Origin: Patescibacteria group bacterium
GTDB lineage: Bacteria > Patescibacteriota > Patescibacteriia > JBHPGJ01
Length of the DNA stretch: 64,000 nt
Direction of reading: 5' to 3'
NCBI GenBank assembly: GCA_042570545.1
Contig: JBHPGJ010000005.1
Location: 5,529 to 69,528, forward strand
Shown here: positions 40,919 to 52,177 of the stretch, in pieces
Position numbering within the stretch: the first letter of the stretch is position 1
Layout of the letters: the number at the start of each line of letters is the position of its first letter
Program-made: the position numbers and the translations under genes
Notes under the pieces: generated by a model
Seen by the model: the letters and a program-made list of their open reading frames with translations, nothing else
Told to the model about the DNA's origin: nothing
Database searches by the model: none

Positions 40919-42052
40919 CTATTTATTGCGGAGATCATAATAATACTGATTAAGCCTTTTAGTGTATTTAGTAAGATAAAATTGTTGAGCGTTTGTTAAA
41001 CCGTTTTTTGATAAATTATTTCGTAATTTATCGTTACGATTTAAAAAATTAATTTTATTTTTTAAATCACCGCTATTATCAATGTTAAAAAATATTCCAT
41101 TAACATTATCAGTAATAATTTCTTTTAGAGCCGGTATATTGGCCGCAATAACGGGTATGCCCATAGATTGGGCCTCCACCGCCACTAAGCCCATGGATTC
41201 ACTGGAAGATGGGACAACCAAACAATCTAAAAGGGAATAAAACCACGCCATATTGTTTACAAAACCCAAGTAATTAATATTATTAGAATGTCCACTAGAA
41301 CTAATTAACCGCAGCATTTTATCCCTTTCTGGTCCATCGCCTGCAATTAATAATTTTATTTTGTCGTTATCATTTAATAACTCTAAAACTGAATTTATCA
41401 TTCTTTCCCATCCTTTTTCTGGATCTATTCTACCAGAAAAACCAATTACGAATTGATTTGATTGTATTCCCAAATTAGTTCTCTCATTTTTTATATCCCA
41501 AGTAATATTTTCTTTAGAGTATTTATTCTGATTAACGAAATTACTTAATAATATTATCCGGTTTTTACTAATTTTAGCTTTATCAATGAAAGCATTTCTG
41601 ACATAGTTTGAAACAGCAATAAATTTATCAACTACTAATCCAAAAAAATTAAGGTAAAAGATATACCATAAATACTTAAAACCCTTATTATGAGTTGATA
41701 TAAGAAAACCATGCTCGTGATAGATAATATTAATTCGGTGAATAAAAAAGATTTTTAAAAAAAAGGCATACAGCAAGGGTTTTGCAAGATGCAGATGTAG
41801 TATTTCGAAATTATTCTTTTTAATTATATTTTTTAGTTCAAGTAAAATACTAAAACTAAATTTGTAAGGTTTAAATGAGTTAAAGTAAAATACTTTGTCA
41901 TTTATATTATTGAAAATGTTGACCTGAGTTTTCTTAAATACATAAACAAAGTGATTATCAAGATTCTGACATAAATCTCTCACTTGCGATTGGGCTCCTC
42001 CCAGATATGAGTTTGATATAATGTGTAATACTTTTATCTTTTCGGCGGTCAT
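40919..42052 (-). CDS. GT4 glycosyltransferase
   Basis: GGAQ, GRIDPEKG, ESMGLVAVEA. Confidence 0.9.
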   Translation of the reverse strand: MTAEKIKVLHIISNSYLGGAQSQVRDLCQNLDNHFVYVFKKTQVNIFNNINDKVFYFNSFKPYKFSFSILLELKNIIKKNNFEILHLHLAKPLLYAFFLKIFFIHRINIIYHEHGFLISTHNKGFKYLWYIFYLNFFGLVVDKFIAVSNYVRNAFIDKAKISKNRIILLSNFVNQNKYSKENITWDIKNERTNLGIQSNQFVIGFSGRIDPEKGWERMINSVLELLNDNDKIKLLIAGDGPERDKMLRLISSSGHSNNINYLGFVNNMAWFYSLLDCLVVPSSSESMGLVAVEAQSMGIPVIAANIPALKEIITDNVNGIFFNIDNSGDLKNKINFLNRNDKLRNNLSKNGLTNAQQFYLTKYTKRLNQYYYDLRNK

Positions 42053-42092
42053 TATTCTATGATCTTTTTACGTTACCGGTAAAAATAATGTA

Positions 42093-42857
42093 TCATTGAT
42101 TACCTTTACTTTGAAAAACAAACTGATTACATCCCGATATTCCCAAGGGCGGTATGACTTTTAATAATTTAAAACCACGTCGGTTTAAAAATTCAATCAC
42201 TTCAGACTTAGTGGCATATTCATAAGGATAACCACCGAGCCAATCGATGGCATCGTAATAAAATTTCATTCCACGTTTTTTCTTAAAAAACCTTCGACGA
42301 TAAATTAATATCTTCAACGGCGCTACCAGAATGAAGTAGAATAATTCAATTAACCACTTAATTATGCGAGGCGAATGATGATAAAGCCACTTTTCTATTT
42401 TCCAGAAGGGACTCATAAAATTTTTATTATAAATAGCTAACATTAATAATCCATCAAGGTGGACCAATTTAGTAGCATTATCGATCGCCTGCCACATATC
42501 TCCGGTATGATGTAGCGATCCCCAGGCATAGACAATATCAAATTTACCCAAGGCAGTAATTTGTGGATCTAAAGCAGATAATTTTTTAAATTTAATATCG
42601 TTGATATTATATTTTACTGCATTTTCAATCGAACATTGAATTGAGCTGGGCAATACATCAATACCAATGACTGGCTTGGCGCCTAATTGATGGGCGCCAA
42701 TGCTAAATATTCCTGAACCACAGCCAATGTCGATAAAGCTCTTATTAGACAATCTTCTCGGTCCAAACAACTGTTCTAGGGATTTTATAGCTTCATCAAA
42801 TTCAGTTTTGGTTAATGATTTAGAATAATTTCTCCAATTTTTCCCAAAATCAAACAT
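42093..42857 (-). CDS. Class I SAM-dependent methyltransferase
   Basis: FDFGKNW, FIDIGCGSG, YAWGSLHHTG, DWLGGYPYE. Confidence 0.88.
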   Translation of the reverse strand: MFDFGKNWRNYSKSLTKTEFDEAIKSLEQLFGPRRLSNKSFIDIGCGSGIFSIGAHQLGAKPVIGIDVLPSSIQCSIENAVKYNINDIKFKKLSALDPQITALGKFDIVYAWGSLHHTGDMWQAIDNATKLVHLDGLLMLAIYNKNFMSPFWKIEKWLYHHSPRIIKWLIELFYFILVAPLKILIYRRRFFKKKRGMKFYYDAIDWLGGYPYEYATKSEVIEFLNRRGFKLLKVIPPLGISGCNQFVFQSKGNQ

Positions 42858-42885
42858 AGGATTTAATAATCTTTGAATAATAAAA

Positions 42886-43650
42886 TCACGACTGAATAAC
42901 TACGGCAACATAGGGGGAGAGGAACCTATTTTTACCGTTGTATTTAATAATCTTAGCAAAACGAGAAATGATAGAACTAAATAAATTAAAAAAATATTTT
43001 AATCTTGTATGTTTATTACCAAAAAAGGTTACTCCCAAATTAATCCCACCGCAATAATCAATATATTTAGTTTTTAAATCTAGCTTTTGGCATACATTTT
43101 TTACTGCCTCAAGATTAGTAATTGATAAATTGTGCTCTAATAAGTCATCTTTATTTATCGCTCGTTGAAGTCGATAATTTAAGCTTTTGTGCTGTTTGTC
43201 AAAATTGGGAACAGTAATAATTAATATCCCATTTTCATTTAATATTTTTAAGTGCTTTTTAATTATGTTTTCAACATCAGGAAAATGTTCAATAAATCCC
43301 AGACTAAGAACCAGATCATATTTTTTACTAAAATTGTAGTTTAAAAAATCATCGTAAATCAGTTCGTAATCATTAACTCCCAATAATCTCAAGTTCTCCT
43401 TAGTTTTTGCTACCCCCACTTCGCTGTATTCAATCCCGGCAACATTCATATTATGTTTTATTTTAAAATAATGCATCCAGATTCCTGGAGCGCAACCAAT
43501 TTCTATCATACTTTTTTTATCTGAAGAGTATTTATCAAACAAAGCCGTCAACAAAGTAATCGGATTTTTTTTTACATCAACAGTTGTTGGTAGATTGGAT
43601 CTATCCCATCTGCCGGACCAGTAATGTGAGTCAGTAATTTCTTTTTCCAT
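42886..43650 (-). CDS. Class I SAM-dependent methyltransferase
   Basis: IEIGCAPG, YDLV.SLGFIEHF, G.LIITVPN; start taken at the ATG at 43650. Confidence 0.88.
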   Translation of the reverse strand: MEKEITDSHYWSGRWDRSNLPTTVDVKKNPITLLTALFDKYSSDKKSMIEIGCAPGIWMHYFKIKHNMNVAGIEYSEVGVAKTKENLRLLGVNDYELIYDDFLNYNFSKKYDLVLSLGFIEHFPDVENIIKKHLKILNENGILIITVPNFDKQHKSLNYRLQRAINKDDLLEHNLSITNLEAVKNVCQKLDLKTKYIDYCGGINLGVTFFGNKHTRLKYFFNLFSSIISRFAKIIKYNGKNRFLSPYVAVVIQS

Positions 43651-43710
43651 GTAAATGTTTTTATGTATTTTGCTTAAATAATTGATGCTCAAATTAATAA
43701 TATTTTCGTA

Positions 43711-45516
43711 TTATACCATCCATTTCTCATACCACCTATTAAACGAAAATAATACCCAAAATAGATGTGAATAATCAGAATCTCCTTTTTGATGCTTTTT
43801 CCACAACTTTTTTAATTGTTCCTTATCATAGTAATTAAATAATTCAAAGTTGAATAATTTATCGTAAAAATAATCTTTTAATTCCTTTCTAATATAATGT
43901 TCTAGGGGCACCCCGAAACCTTTCTTTTTCCGGCGCAGTACCTTAGCTGGAATAAGACCGTGAAAAGCTTTTTTTAAGATGTATTTTTTTTGTCCAGATC
44001 TGAATTTGTATTTCAAAGGCAAATTATTAACATATTCCACCAAGCGGTGGTCTAAAAACGGTATTCTGCCTTCTAAGCTTACACCCATAGTTGCCCTGTC
44101 CTCTTTGACTAGTAGATCGTTTGGTAAATATTCATTTTGATCAAAGTTTAAAATATTAAAAATGGAATTATCATACCGAAATAGCTTATCAAAGTCCTTT
44201 AGTGATTTATCGGCGCCAATTTTCAACTCATCTTTATCTCTGAATAAATAGCTAAAAAGTTTTAGATATAATTCCTGTTCATTCTTTACGTTTAATAAAA
44301 TATTTAATTTATTTGCCTTATCTTTATTTAATAATTTGTAAATAACACTTAGGGATTTTTTAAGCCAGGCAGGTAAGCGCCTAAGTTTGTTTAAATATAT
44401 GAAATCACTATAGCGGTTGTAGCCGAAAAATATCTCGTCGCCACCAGTACCGGATAGACACACTTTGACTTGTTTTTTTGCCACACTGGCAACCAAGTAG
44501 GTCGGAATCATAGAAGGATCCCCAAGCGGTTCATTAAAATAATCAACTAGATTTGGGATTAGCTGTTTAATTTTCTGAGCGTCGAATCTTATTTCGTAAT
44601 GATTGGTTTCTAGTTCTTGAGCAATTTTTTTTGCCCATTCGGCTTCATCGTAATCTTTATAATCAAAAGATATTGAATAGGTTTTAAGATTCTTATTATA
44701 TTTTTTCATTAAATAACAAATGATAGAACTATCAATACCCCCCGACAGAAAAGCACCAACTGGTACGTCGGCAATCATCCTTTTTTTTACAGAGTCATCC
44801 AGTAAATGTCGTATGGTGTTGGTGGCCTCCGGAAAAGGTATGTCCTGTTCTGAAAAATGATTATCCCAATATTTGGTAATTGAAAAAGTCTTTCTTTCTA
44901 TATCAAATATACCATAAGAACCAGGTGGCAGTTTATTGATATTATTAATAATGGATTGATTGCCAGGAACAAAACCTAAAAATAAATAATGATTTAATGC
45001 TTGTTTGTTAATTTCCTTTTTAATGCCAGCCTTAAGGAATAACTTCAATTCTGATCCAAACAGAAAATTCCCATCTTTATGATAAAAATAGAATGGTTTA
45101 AAACCAAGCCGGTCTCGGGCCACAAATAATATTTTTTTTATCTTGTCATAAACACAAAAAGCAAAGTCACCATTTAGATATTCGGGACAATTCTCACCCC
45201 ATTCGATATAGGCGTTTAATAAAACCTCAGTGTCTGTCTTGGTACGAAATTTATAACCTCGTTTAAGTAATTTTTCTTTCAGTTCTATGAAATTGTATAT
45301 TTCACCATTATATACAATAATGTAATTTTTTGTAGCATCGGTAAAAGGTTGCTTGCCGTCTTCAGACAAATCTAAAATTGCTAGTCTTTTATGCGCAAAG
45401 CTTACATTATTATCTTGATATGATCCATCCTGATCCGGGCCCCGATATTCCATGAGACAACTTAAATCTATAAGTTGTTTTTCTTCTATGAAATTACTGC
45501 CTACTATGCCACACAT
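43711..45516 (-). CDS. asnB: AsnB-family glutamine-dependent amidotransferase, probably glycan-modifying
   Basis: N-terminal MCGI, RGPD, NGEIYN, RDRLG.KP, LSGGIDSS, GGDE, R.PFLD. Confidence 0.92.
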   Translation of the reverse strand: MCGIVGSNFIEEKQLIDLSCLMEYRGPDQDGSYQDNNVSFAHKRLAILDLSEDGKQPFTDATKNYIIVYNGEIYNFIELKEKLLKRGYKFRTKTDTEVLLNAYIEWGENCPEYLNGDFAFCVYDKIKKILFVARDRLGFKPFYFYHKDGNFLFGSELKLFLKAGIKKEINKQALNHYLFLGFVPGNQSIINNINKLPPGSYGIFDIERKTFSITKYWDNHFSEQDIPFPEATNTIRHLLDDSVKKRMIADVPVGAFLSGGIDSSIICYLMKKYNKNLKTYSISFDYKDYDEAEWAKKIAQELETNHYEIRFDAQKIKQLIPNLVDYFNEPLGDPSMIPTYLVASVAKKQVKVCLSGTGGDEIFFGYNRYSDFIYLNKLRRLPAWLKKSLSVIYKLLNKDKANKLNILLNVKNEQELYLKLFSYLFRDKDELKIGADKSLKDFDKLFRYDNSIFNILNFDQNEYLPNDLLVKEDRATMGVSLEGRIPFLDHRLVEYVNNLPLKYKFRSGQKKYILKKAFHGLIPAKVLRRKKKGFGVPLEHYIRKELKDYFYDKLFNFELFNYYDKEQLKKLWKKHQKGDSDYSHLFWVLFSFNRWYEKWMV

Positions 45517-45520
45517 ATAT

Positions 45521-46627
45521 TTATAAATTTTTTAATATAGTTAGTAACATATCCGAATTCTTGTTAATATCATGATTTATCACAGCGTACTGAAATGCCT
45601 TTTGGCTCATGTTGTTATATGATTCTCTATCTGATGTTAACCGATGTAAATATTTCTTCAGTAGTTCTGAATCATTATTACAATAATATCCACAGCCATA
45701 CTTAGTGATAAAGTAGTCGGGATTTACTGCTAAACTTAAAATTGGCACTTTATTTTTAGCGGCTTGAATGAACGTATTGGGGAAGCCTTCATATTTTGAA
45801 GTATTAACAAATGCTTTGGCCTTTCTGAAATAATCATCGATTTCAATAAAAGGAACAAATTTAATAAAACGTAAGTTTTTTATATTAGATGCCTCCTGGG
45901 CAAGCTTATCAGATAATCCTGGGTTCTCGGTGGCGGGCGGGCAAATCATTACAAAATGTTCTTGAGGAAAATTTTTGGCTAACTCAATAAATTTTTCCGG
46001 TTGTTTCCAGGGCATGCTCCTGGCCACCCAGAGAATATATTCACCAGCATTTTTATTAAAATCATTTATTGAGTATCCTGATCGAATTAAAACTGATTGA
46101 CATCTTTTTAATTCACGTAGTTTGTCTGCTTGATAGTTATTCTGAACAATTATTACGTTAGCAATTTTAAAAGTTAAATTGGCCAACTTTTTACTTATGT
46201 AGTGTTTATATATATTATGGGTATCATCTGTTTCTGAATTATGCGAGACCATATAGATCAGCTTTTTCCGCTTAAATTTGCAATATAGGGCAATTAGCCC
46301 AGATAAAGGAGTTAGTGTCCGCTGAAGATAAATGTCGGCATTTATACGGTTGAAGCTTGATATGAATTGTCCGATTTGTCTGATAATATTATGCTTGAAA
46401 TTTAAAGAGTTCCAAACTTTTATCTGGTTGTATTCTTCCAGTTTATTTTGACCAAAATCGGCAACCATAAAATGAATATCTAGACTATCATCTTTAATTA
46501 TCTCTTGGGCCAGCAAATATAGCTGAACCTCGGCTCCGCCAAAGGTTGATTTTACTTTAGGATTAAACAGCTGATAAGCTTTGGGAGAGATAAAGCAAAC
46601 TCTGCTTCTTTGTCTTTCTTTTTCCAT
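45521..46627 (-). CDS. GT4 glycosyltransferase
   Basis: GGAE, WVAR...WK, EGFPNTFIQA. Confidence 0.87.
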   Translation of the reverse strand: MEKERQRSRVCFISPKAYQLFNPKVKSTFGGAEVQLYLLAQEIIKDDSLDIHFMVADFGQNKLEEYNQIKVWNSLNFKHNIIRQIGQFISSFNRINADIYLQRTLTPLSGLIALYCKFKRKKLIYMVSHNSETDDTHNIYKHYISKKLANLTFKIANVIIVQNNYQADKLRELKRCQSVLIRSGYSINDFNKNAGEYILWVARSMPWKQPEKFIELAKNFPQEHFVMICPPATENPGLSDKLAQEASNIKNLRFIKFVPFIEIDDYFRKAKAFVNTSKYEGFPNTFIQAAKNKVPILSLAVNPDYFITKYGCGYYCNNDSELLKKYLHRLTSDRESYNNMSQKAFQYAVINHDINKNSDMLLTILKNL

Positions 46628-46628
46628 G

Positions 46629-47504
46629 TTAATAATGCTTCCTATAAACCCATTTCTTATTAAAAGGATAACTAATAATAGTAGCCAGAAATCTTGTTAA
46701 TGGTCCTTTATTAATTTTCCAATTATCATCTTTTTTTATTTGTGAAAATTCTTTTCTTTTTTCAGTGCGGGCCAGGCGGTTGCCACCCAAATTATGGTAA
46801 TCCATTAACCGGATGATTTCCGGGTAATTATCAGGAATCACAATATCTATAAACGATCCGATTGTTTTTAAATATTTATTGGGATTCTCACAGAACTGAT
46901 CATAGCTGATAACCAAGCTTTTTACTTGTGATAATCTCAGATAGCGAAAGATTAACTTATTGACGAATATCCACTTAAGAAGAGATATAAAATAATTTTT
47001 CGGTTTTTTTCCTTCCACCATCTTATTAAATGAATTTGCTGTTCCCCGGCCATCCCGGACAATGTGTATGTTATAAACTTCCAATCTATTATCATTAACC
47101 AATTCAATAAGACGACCAAGCTCTTTAGAGGAATCTAAAATAAAATCCGTATTAGGCGGTAAATTGTTTTGAATCTGGTTTAACAACAAGTAATTTTCTG
47201 GACTTGACAGCTGACCAATCTTTTTTTTGGAGAAATAAAGATATCGAAGAATAGTTAAGTAGTTTTTTAAATTTGCTCTGTTTACAATCCTGATATCCCT
47301 AGTAATAATACGGCTCCAAAAATTGCAATGTGTCATATTTTTACCGCATGAGCATAACCGATCGTCATTTTTATATTCGTTATAGCGATATATTTCACCC
47401 ACACTAAAAACATTTGGGCTGGTTGAGATAATTATATCAAGTAGGGTAGAGCCGCTACGCCCTAAACCCGAGATATATATGACCTTTATCTTGTTGTCAT
47501 CCAT
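46629..47504 (-). CDS. Sulfotransferase
   Basis: GLGRSGSTLL, VGE, CSCG....C.FW, LDSSK, HIVRDGRG..NS, H..GGN. Confidence 0.85.
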   Translation of the reverse strand: MDDNKIKVIYISGLGRSGSTLLDIIISTSPNVFSVGEIYRYNEYKNDDRLCSCGKNMTHCNFWSRIITRDIRIVNRANLKNYLTILRYLYFSKKKIGQLSSPENYLLLNQIQNNLPPNTDFILDSSKELGRLIELVNDNRLEVYNIHIVRDGRGTANSFNKMVEGKKPKNYFISLLKWIFVNKLIFRYLRLSQVKSLVISYDQFCENPNKYLKTIGSFIDIVIPDNYPEIIRLMDYHNLGGNRLARTEKRKEFSQIKKDDNWKINKGPLTRFLATIISYPFNKKWVYRKHY

Positions 47505-47537
47505 TAAATTAGTTGTTTAATGAAATATATAGGACTA

Positions 47538-48647
47538 TCACTTTAAAATATTATCGTATTTTTCAATAATAATTTTCCAGTCATACATTTTCTTAACTCG
47601 TTCTCGTGCAATATTTTGCGATCTTTTCATTTCATCCGGGTGGTTTATTAATTGCCAGATTGCCTGTCGAATTTTTTCTGGGTTGTTAGGGGGTAATAAT
47701 GTACCAGCCCCATTAACAGTTTCAGCACAGCCATACACATCACTTGTAATCATAGCGCAACCGGCCGACATCGCCTCAAGAAGAGCTATGCTGGCATTCT
47801 CTCTTTCCGAAACCAGGACATATATTGCCGCTTGCTCAAGTAGATTTATATATTTTTGACTTTTATTATCTAGCCAGCCGTGAAATACTATTTTTGTTTT
47901 CGACTGAGCTGCTATTTCATTAAGTTTATTCATCATTGGTCCGTCGCCGCAGACGTTCACCTGATAACCAATATCATTATCTGCTACCGCTGTAATTAAA
48001 TGTTGAAATCCTTTTCTTCTAAGAAGCCGACCGGAAGTAAAGATTGATTTGTTCTTAGTATTAGGCAAGAACGAATCCGGATCAATGCCGTTTGGGATAT
48101 AAATTAAATTAGTCAGATTGTTAGAAATATTTTTCTTAATTAAGCGCTTTAGATATTGGGATGGCGCCACCACATATTTGGAATTTACGGCTATACTTTT
48201 TAAAATGGGGCCGGTAAATTTGTGTAGAAAACTGAATCGATCAGGATTATAACCCGGCACATCGCTGCCATGACTGGTAACGATGTAGGGTAGTTTGTGA
48301 CGCTTAAAAAGCCAATAAGCGATTACGCCGGTTGGAATTAAAAAGTGTGTATGACAAATATCATAGTTACGCTTTTTATGCAATTGGCTACTAAGTCGGT
48401 AGGCGGGGATCAAATAGGTTAGCTGTTCATGTGGATAGCACATCTCTTTTTTTGAACGCCAACACCTGACCCGATAAATATTTATATTATCCTTTATTTC
48501 AAATCGGGGTATATTTTTGAACCCCATTGTAATAACATCAACTTGATGTCCAAGCCGTGCGTAGCCCTTGGCTATCTCATAACTAACCGGACTTGCTCCT
48601 CCGCCAAGTGGCGGGAACTCATAGTTTAGTACAAGTATTTTTTTCAT
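47538..48647 (-). CDS. GT4 glycosyltransferase
   Basis: YEFPPLGGGA, HGSDVPG, GRL..RKG, E....ALLEAMSAG. Confidence 0.9.
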   Translation of the reverse strand: MKKILVLNYEFPPLGGGASPVSYEIAKGYARLGHQVDVITMGFKNIPRFEIKDNINIYRVRCWRSKKEMCYPHEQLTYLIPAYRLSSQLHKKRNYDICHTHFLIPTGVIAYWLFKRHKLPYIVTSHGSDVPGYNPDRFSFLHKFTGPILKSIAVNSKYVVAPSQYLKRLIKKNISNNLTNLIYIPNGIDPDSFLPNTKNKSIFTSGRLLRRKGFQHLITAVADNDIGYQVNVCGDGPMMNKLNEIAAQSKTKIVFHGWLDNKSQKYINLLEQAAIYVLVSERENASIALLEAMSAGCAMITSDVYGCAETVNGAGTLLPPNNPEKIRQAIWQLINHPDEMKRSQNIARERVKKMYDWKIIIEKYDNILK

Positions 48648-49450
48648 AAACTATTCTTTTTTTTATTATCTTGCATACCAACTATAATTTCATCGTGAAA
48701 ATAGCCATTAGAAGCAACTAGTCCATTAGGAAGGGTTGGTTTTTCTTTATTGTAATGAATAACCCTTCCATTTTTATCAGTTACTCTACCGCCGGCTTCA
48801 TGGAGAATAATGTCCGGTGCGCAACTGTCATATTCACTCATCCTATTAGTTGAATTAAAAAAACAGTCAGCGCCTCCCTCGGCAATTAAACTGATTTTTA
48901 CTCCATTACTACCCATTTTAATTGGTTTAGGAAGACGCAAACACTTGGCTGTGTAGGCGTCGTCGTCACTATAGTGGTTACGACTAGTTAAGAATACAGC
49001 TTTATCTAAGCGATGATTTTGTGAAACTCGTAATCTTTTTGGAGATTTCCCGCTTTCACGCAAATAGGCCCCCTTGCCAGTCTGTGCAAAATAGAGCTTT
49101 TTTTGCAACGGTAAATATACGACACCAAGGATGGGGCGACTATAGTGTACCAAGCCAATCATTATAGAAAATTCACCCGTGCCTTGAATAAAATCGGTTG
49201 TGCCATCAAGAGGATCAACAATCCATACAAATTCTTTTTTCATACGTTCCCGATCGTCAGCCTTTTCTTCGGAAATCATCCCATAATTTTTGTTTTGTAA
49301 TTGTGAAATAATTATGGCCCCAGATTGTTTATCAGCCTCCGTTACAGCCTCATTGTCTCGGTAGTCGATTTTAATATTTCTTTTGTAGTAGGTAAGTATC
49401 TTTTCACCGGCGATTTGTGCAGCAGTTTGTGCTCGAGCTAGATCAGACAT
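48644..49450 (-). CDS. cysQ: 3'(2'),5'-bisphosphate nucleotidase (PAP phosphatase)
   Basis: VTEAD, SEE, WIVDPLDGT.DF...GEF, SR.H, EAGG; adjacent to cysNC. Confidence 0.88.
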   Translation of the reverse strand: MSDLARAQTAAQIAGEKILTYYKRNIKIDYRDNEAVTEADKQSGAIIISQLQNKNYGMISEEKADDRERMKKEFVWIVDPLDGTTDFIQGTGEFSIMIGLVHYSRPILGVVYLPLQKKLYFAQTGKGAYLRESGKSPKRLRVSQNHRLDKAVFLTSRNHYSDDDAYTAKCLRLPKPIKMGSNGVKISLIAEGGADCFFNSTNRMSEYDSCAPDIILHEAGGRVTDKNGRVIHYNKEKPTLPNGLVASNGYFHDEIIVGMQDNKKKNSL

Positions 49451-51267
49451 TATAACTTGTTAATGTAATGATGTTTTTCAAGGTAGGTAAGCAACTTTTG
49501 TACTGAATTTTCTACGCTTTCTTCGTGTGTTAGTAATTCAAGATCAGGATTTTCTGGCTCTTCGTAGGGGTGGGAAATGCCGGTAAAATCTTTAATTTTT
49601 CCTTCTTTGGCTTTTTTATACATGCCTTTGACGTCGCGTTCTTTACATATCTCCAGTGGTGCGTTGACAAAAACTTCAATATAATTTTTCACTTCTTTTT
49701 TTATTAGTTCACGCTGACGGCGATAGGGAGAAATAAAAGAAGCCAGTACTATTACGCCATGTTTACTGAGCAGCTTGGCTACAAAGGAAACGCGTTTAAT
49801 ATTTTCATCGCGGTCTTCCTTAGAAAAACCCAGATCACCAGTAAGCGATTTCCGCACGATATCACCGTCAAGACTTTCTGTACTTACGTTACGTCGATGC
49901 AGTTCCTCTGCCAGTGCATTAGCGATGGTGCTTTTGCCCGATCCGGAAAGACCAGTAAACCATACTACGGCACCTGTTTTTTTATTGGCTTTGATTATAT
50001 CTGTTTCAGACTTTTTTGGAGCGGTGCGTAAAATTATACCAGCCGCAATCGTATTATTTGTAATTTCATCAATAAGAATGAAGTTGCCGGTATTGCGATT
50101 TTTACTATAAGGATCAAAAAACAGGGGGTCGAGGGTTCTGATGAATGCTCGGCCAATATCGTTCATATTTAATTCATTATCTTTAATTCGATGAAGAGTA
50201 TCAATATTCAGACGATAATGTAATCGTGGTATAAAGGCGCTGGTAGAGCGGGTAGTATGTTTTAGGATATATCTTTTGTTTAGTTCTAGTGGTGCTTCAG
50301 CAAACCAGGATATCATAGCTTCAATTTCATCACTTGTTTCTGGTTGGTTATTTTCCCGAATTATCATTTCTCCCCGACTGACATCTAACTGGTCATTAAG
50401 TGTTATCAATGCTGACTGTGGATTAAAAGCCTCTTTTTGATTTTTATTGTCAAAAACAATGTTTTTAATCTTTGATTTTTTATTACTTGGTAATAGCATA
50501 ACTTGGTCGCCCTTTTTAATCACTCCGCCCTCAACTTTACCGGTATAGCCCCTTTCGTTGGGTGACAGTCGTATTACATTTTGAATTGGATATCTAAAAT
50601 CAATCAAATTACGGTTACTGGAAATCTCAATATTTTCCAGTAAATTAAAAAGGGTAGTACCATTGTACCAGCTCATTTTAGTTCCCCGATTAACTATCAT
50701 GTCACCATTCAAAGCTGATACGGGTATGAATTGTAGATCACGAATATCTAATTTTGCAGCAAACAAAGATAATTCATCTTTGATTGAATCGTAGGTCTCT
50801 TGTTTGAAACTAATTGAGTCCATCTTATTTATAACAATTATGATATGAGGTATGCCTAAAAGACTGGCGATAAATAGATGACGTTTTGATTGGGTGGTAA
50901 TTCCATTATGGGCATCAATTAAAATTAAAGCCATGTCGGCATTCGATGCGCCCGTGACCATGTTTCTGGTATATTGTTCGTGACCCGGAACATCAGCGAT
51001 AATAAATCTTTTTTTTGGTGTAGAAAAATATCTATAAGCTACGTCAATTGTTATCCCTTGTTCTCGCTCAGCCGATAAACCATCAGTGAATAACGATAAA
51101 TCAACTTCGTTACCACCCCTTTTTTGACTAGTTTTTTTAATTGCCTCATATTGGTCTTCATAGATTAAATTTGTATCATAGAAAAGGCGGCCAATCATTG
51201 TGGATTTACCATCGTCAACGCTACCCGCTATTACTATTCTAACTAGTTGCTTATTGCTATCCGACAC
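49450..51267 (-). CDS. cysNC: Bifunctional sulfate adenylyltransferase subunit 1 / APS kinase (CysN-CysC, NodQ-like)
   Basis: [34 protein letters not shown]; C-terminal [26 protein letters not shown]. Confidence 0.95.
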   Translation of the reverse strand: MSDSNKQLVRIVIAGSVDDGKSTMIGRLFYDTNLIYEDQYEAIKKTSQKRGGNEVDLSLFTDGLSAEREQGITIDVAYRYFSTPKKRFIIADVPGHEQYTRNMVTGASNADMALILIDAHNGITTQSKRHLFIASLLGIPHIIIVINKMDSISFKQETYDSIKDELSLFAAKLDIRDLQFIPVSALNGDMIVNRGTKMSWYNGTTLFNLLENIEISSNRNLIDFRYPIQNVIRLSPNERGYTGKVEGGVIKKGDQVMLLPSNKKSKIKNIVFDNKNQKEAFNPQSALITLNDQLDVSRGEMIIRENNQPETSDEIEAMISWFAEAPLELNKRYILKHTTRSTSAFIPRLHYRLNIDTLHRIKDNELNMNDIGRAFIRTLDPLFFDPYSKNRNTGNFILIDEITNNTIAAGIILRTAPKKSETDIIKANKKTGAVVWFTGLSGSGKSTIANALAEELHRRNVSTESLDGDIVRKSLTGDLGFSKEDRDENIKRVSFVAKLLSKHGVIVLASFISPYRRQRELIKKEVKNYIEVFVNAPLEICKERDVKGMYKKAKEGKIKDFTGISHPYEEPENPDLELLTHEESVENSVQKLLTYLEKHHYINKL

Positions 51268-52173
51268 TTAAAAATATCCCTCTTTCTTTTTGGCTTCCAT
51301 AGCACTTTCCGAGCTATAATCAATAGCTCTAGTTTCTCGTTCTGATTTTTTAGCTTTCAGAGTCTCCTCTATTATCATATCAATATTAGAAGCTGTAGAG
51401 GGGACGCAGCCTGTAGAAGGCGAACAGCCCAAAGTACGGTAACGGGTTGACATCTCTAGAACCTTTTCGTCTTCTTTTGGTTGAACAAATTCGTCTACTC
51501 TTAATAATACGTTATTTCGCTTAATTACCTTTCTTTTCTGGGCAAAATATAATGGGACAACCTCAATTTTTTCATGTTTTATATATTCCCAAATATCATT
51601 TTCCATCCAATTAGAAAGAGGAAAAATTCTAACCGATTCAGTCTCGTTGATACGGCAATTATAGAGGTGCCATAATTCGGGCCGCTGGTTTTTTGGATCC
51701 CATGAACCAATATCATTACGTAATGAAAATATTCTTTCCTTAGCGCGCGATTTCTCCTCCTCACGGCGGGCGCCGCCAAAGGCAGCATCAAATTCATTTT
51801 TTTTAATGGCCTCAAGTAATGGTTTGGTTTTTTTGTAATATATGTAGTTGTCAGTATTTGCTTCTTCCGGTTTCATTTGTTTAGCTGTTGGTTCGTTATT
51901 TTTCTCAACTATCAACTCAGCTCCGATCTTTTTAGTAAAATAATCTCTGAATTTAATCATTTCATTGAATTTGAAGCCAGTATCAATGTGCAATAAAGGA
52001 AACGGTAATTTGTTAGGATAGAAGGCTTTTTGTGCCAATCTCAACATAACTGAGGAATCTTTGCCAATGGAATAAAGCATGACGGGATTTTTAAATTCAG
52101 CAGTTGTTTCTCTTATTATATGAATACTTTCGGATTCAAGTTGTTTTAGATAGTTTATGCCGTAATCTCTCAT
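51268..52173 (-). CDS. cysD: Sulfate adenylyltransferase subunit 2
   Basis: YSIGKDS, GGARREEEKSRAKER, WDPKNQRPELW, RTLGC, KKEGYF. Confidence 0.96.
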   Translation of the reverse strand: MRDYGINYLKQLESESIHIIRETTAEFKNPVMLYSIGKDSSVMLRLAQKAFYPNKLPFPLLHIDTGFKFNEMIKFRDYFTKKIGAELIVEKNNEPTAKQMKPEEANTDNYIYYKKTKPLLEAIKKNEFDAAFGGARREEEKSRAKERIFSLRNDIGSWDPKNQRPELWHLYNCRINETESVRIFPLSNWMENDIWEYIKHEKIEVVPLYFAQKRKVIKRNNVLLRVDEFVQPKEDEKVLEMSTRYRTLGCSPSTGCVPSTASNIDMIIEETLKAKKSERETRAIDYSSESAMEAKKKEGYF

Positions 52174-52177
52174 AATA

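Noticed and set aside
29575-47504. Lasso-peptide-like cluster (AsnB-like cyclase, HprK-like kinases, sulfotransferases)
   Set aside because: No precursor, PqqD/RRE or B2 protease seen; AsnB keeps its N-terminal catalytic Cys; the context is entirely glycan biosynthesis.
24312-48647. Phase-variable homopolymer tracts in glycosyltransferase genes
   Set aside because: Only short A/T runs (about 8 nt), as expected at this AT content; no long G/C tracts or frameshifted GT genes seen.
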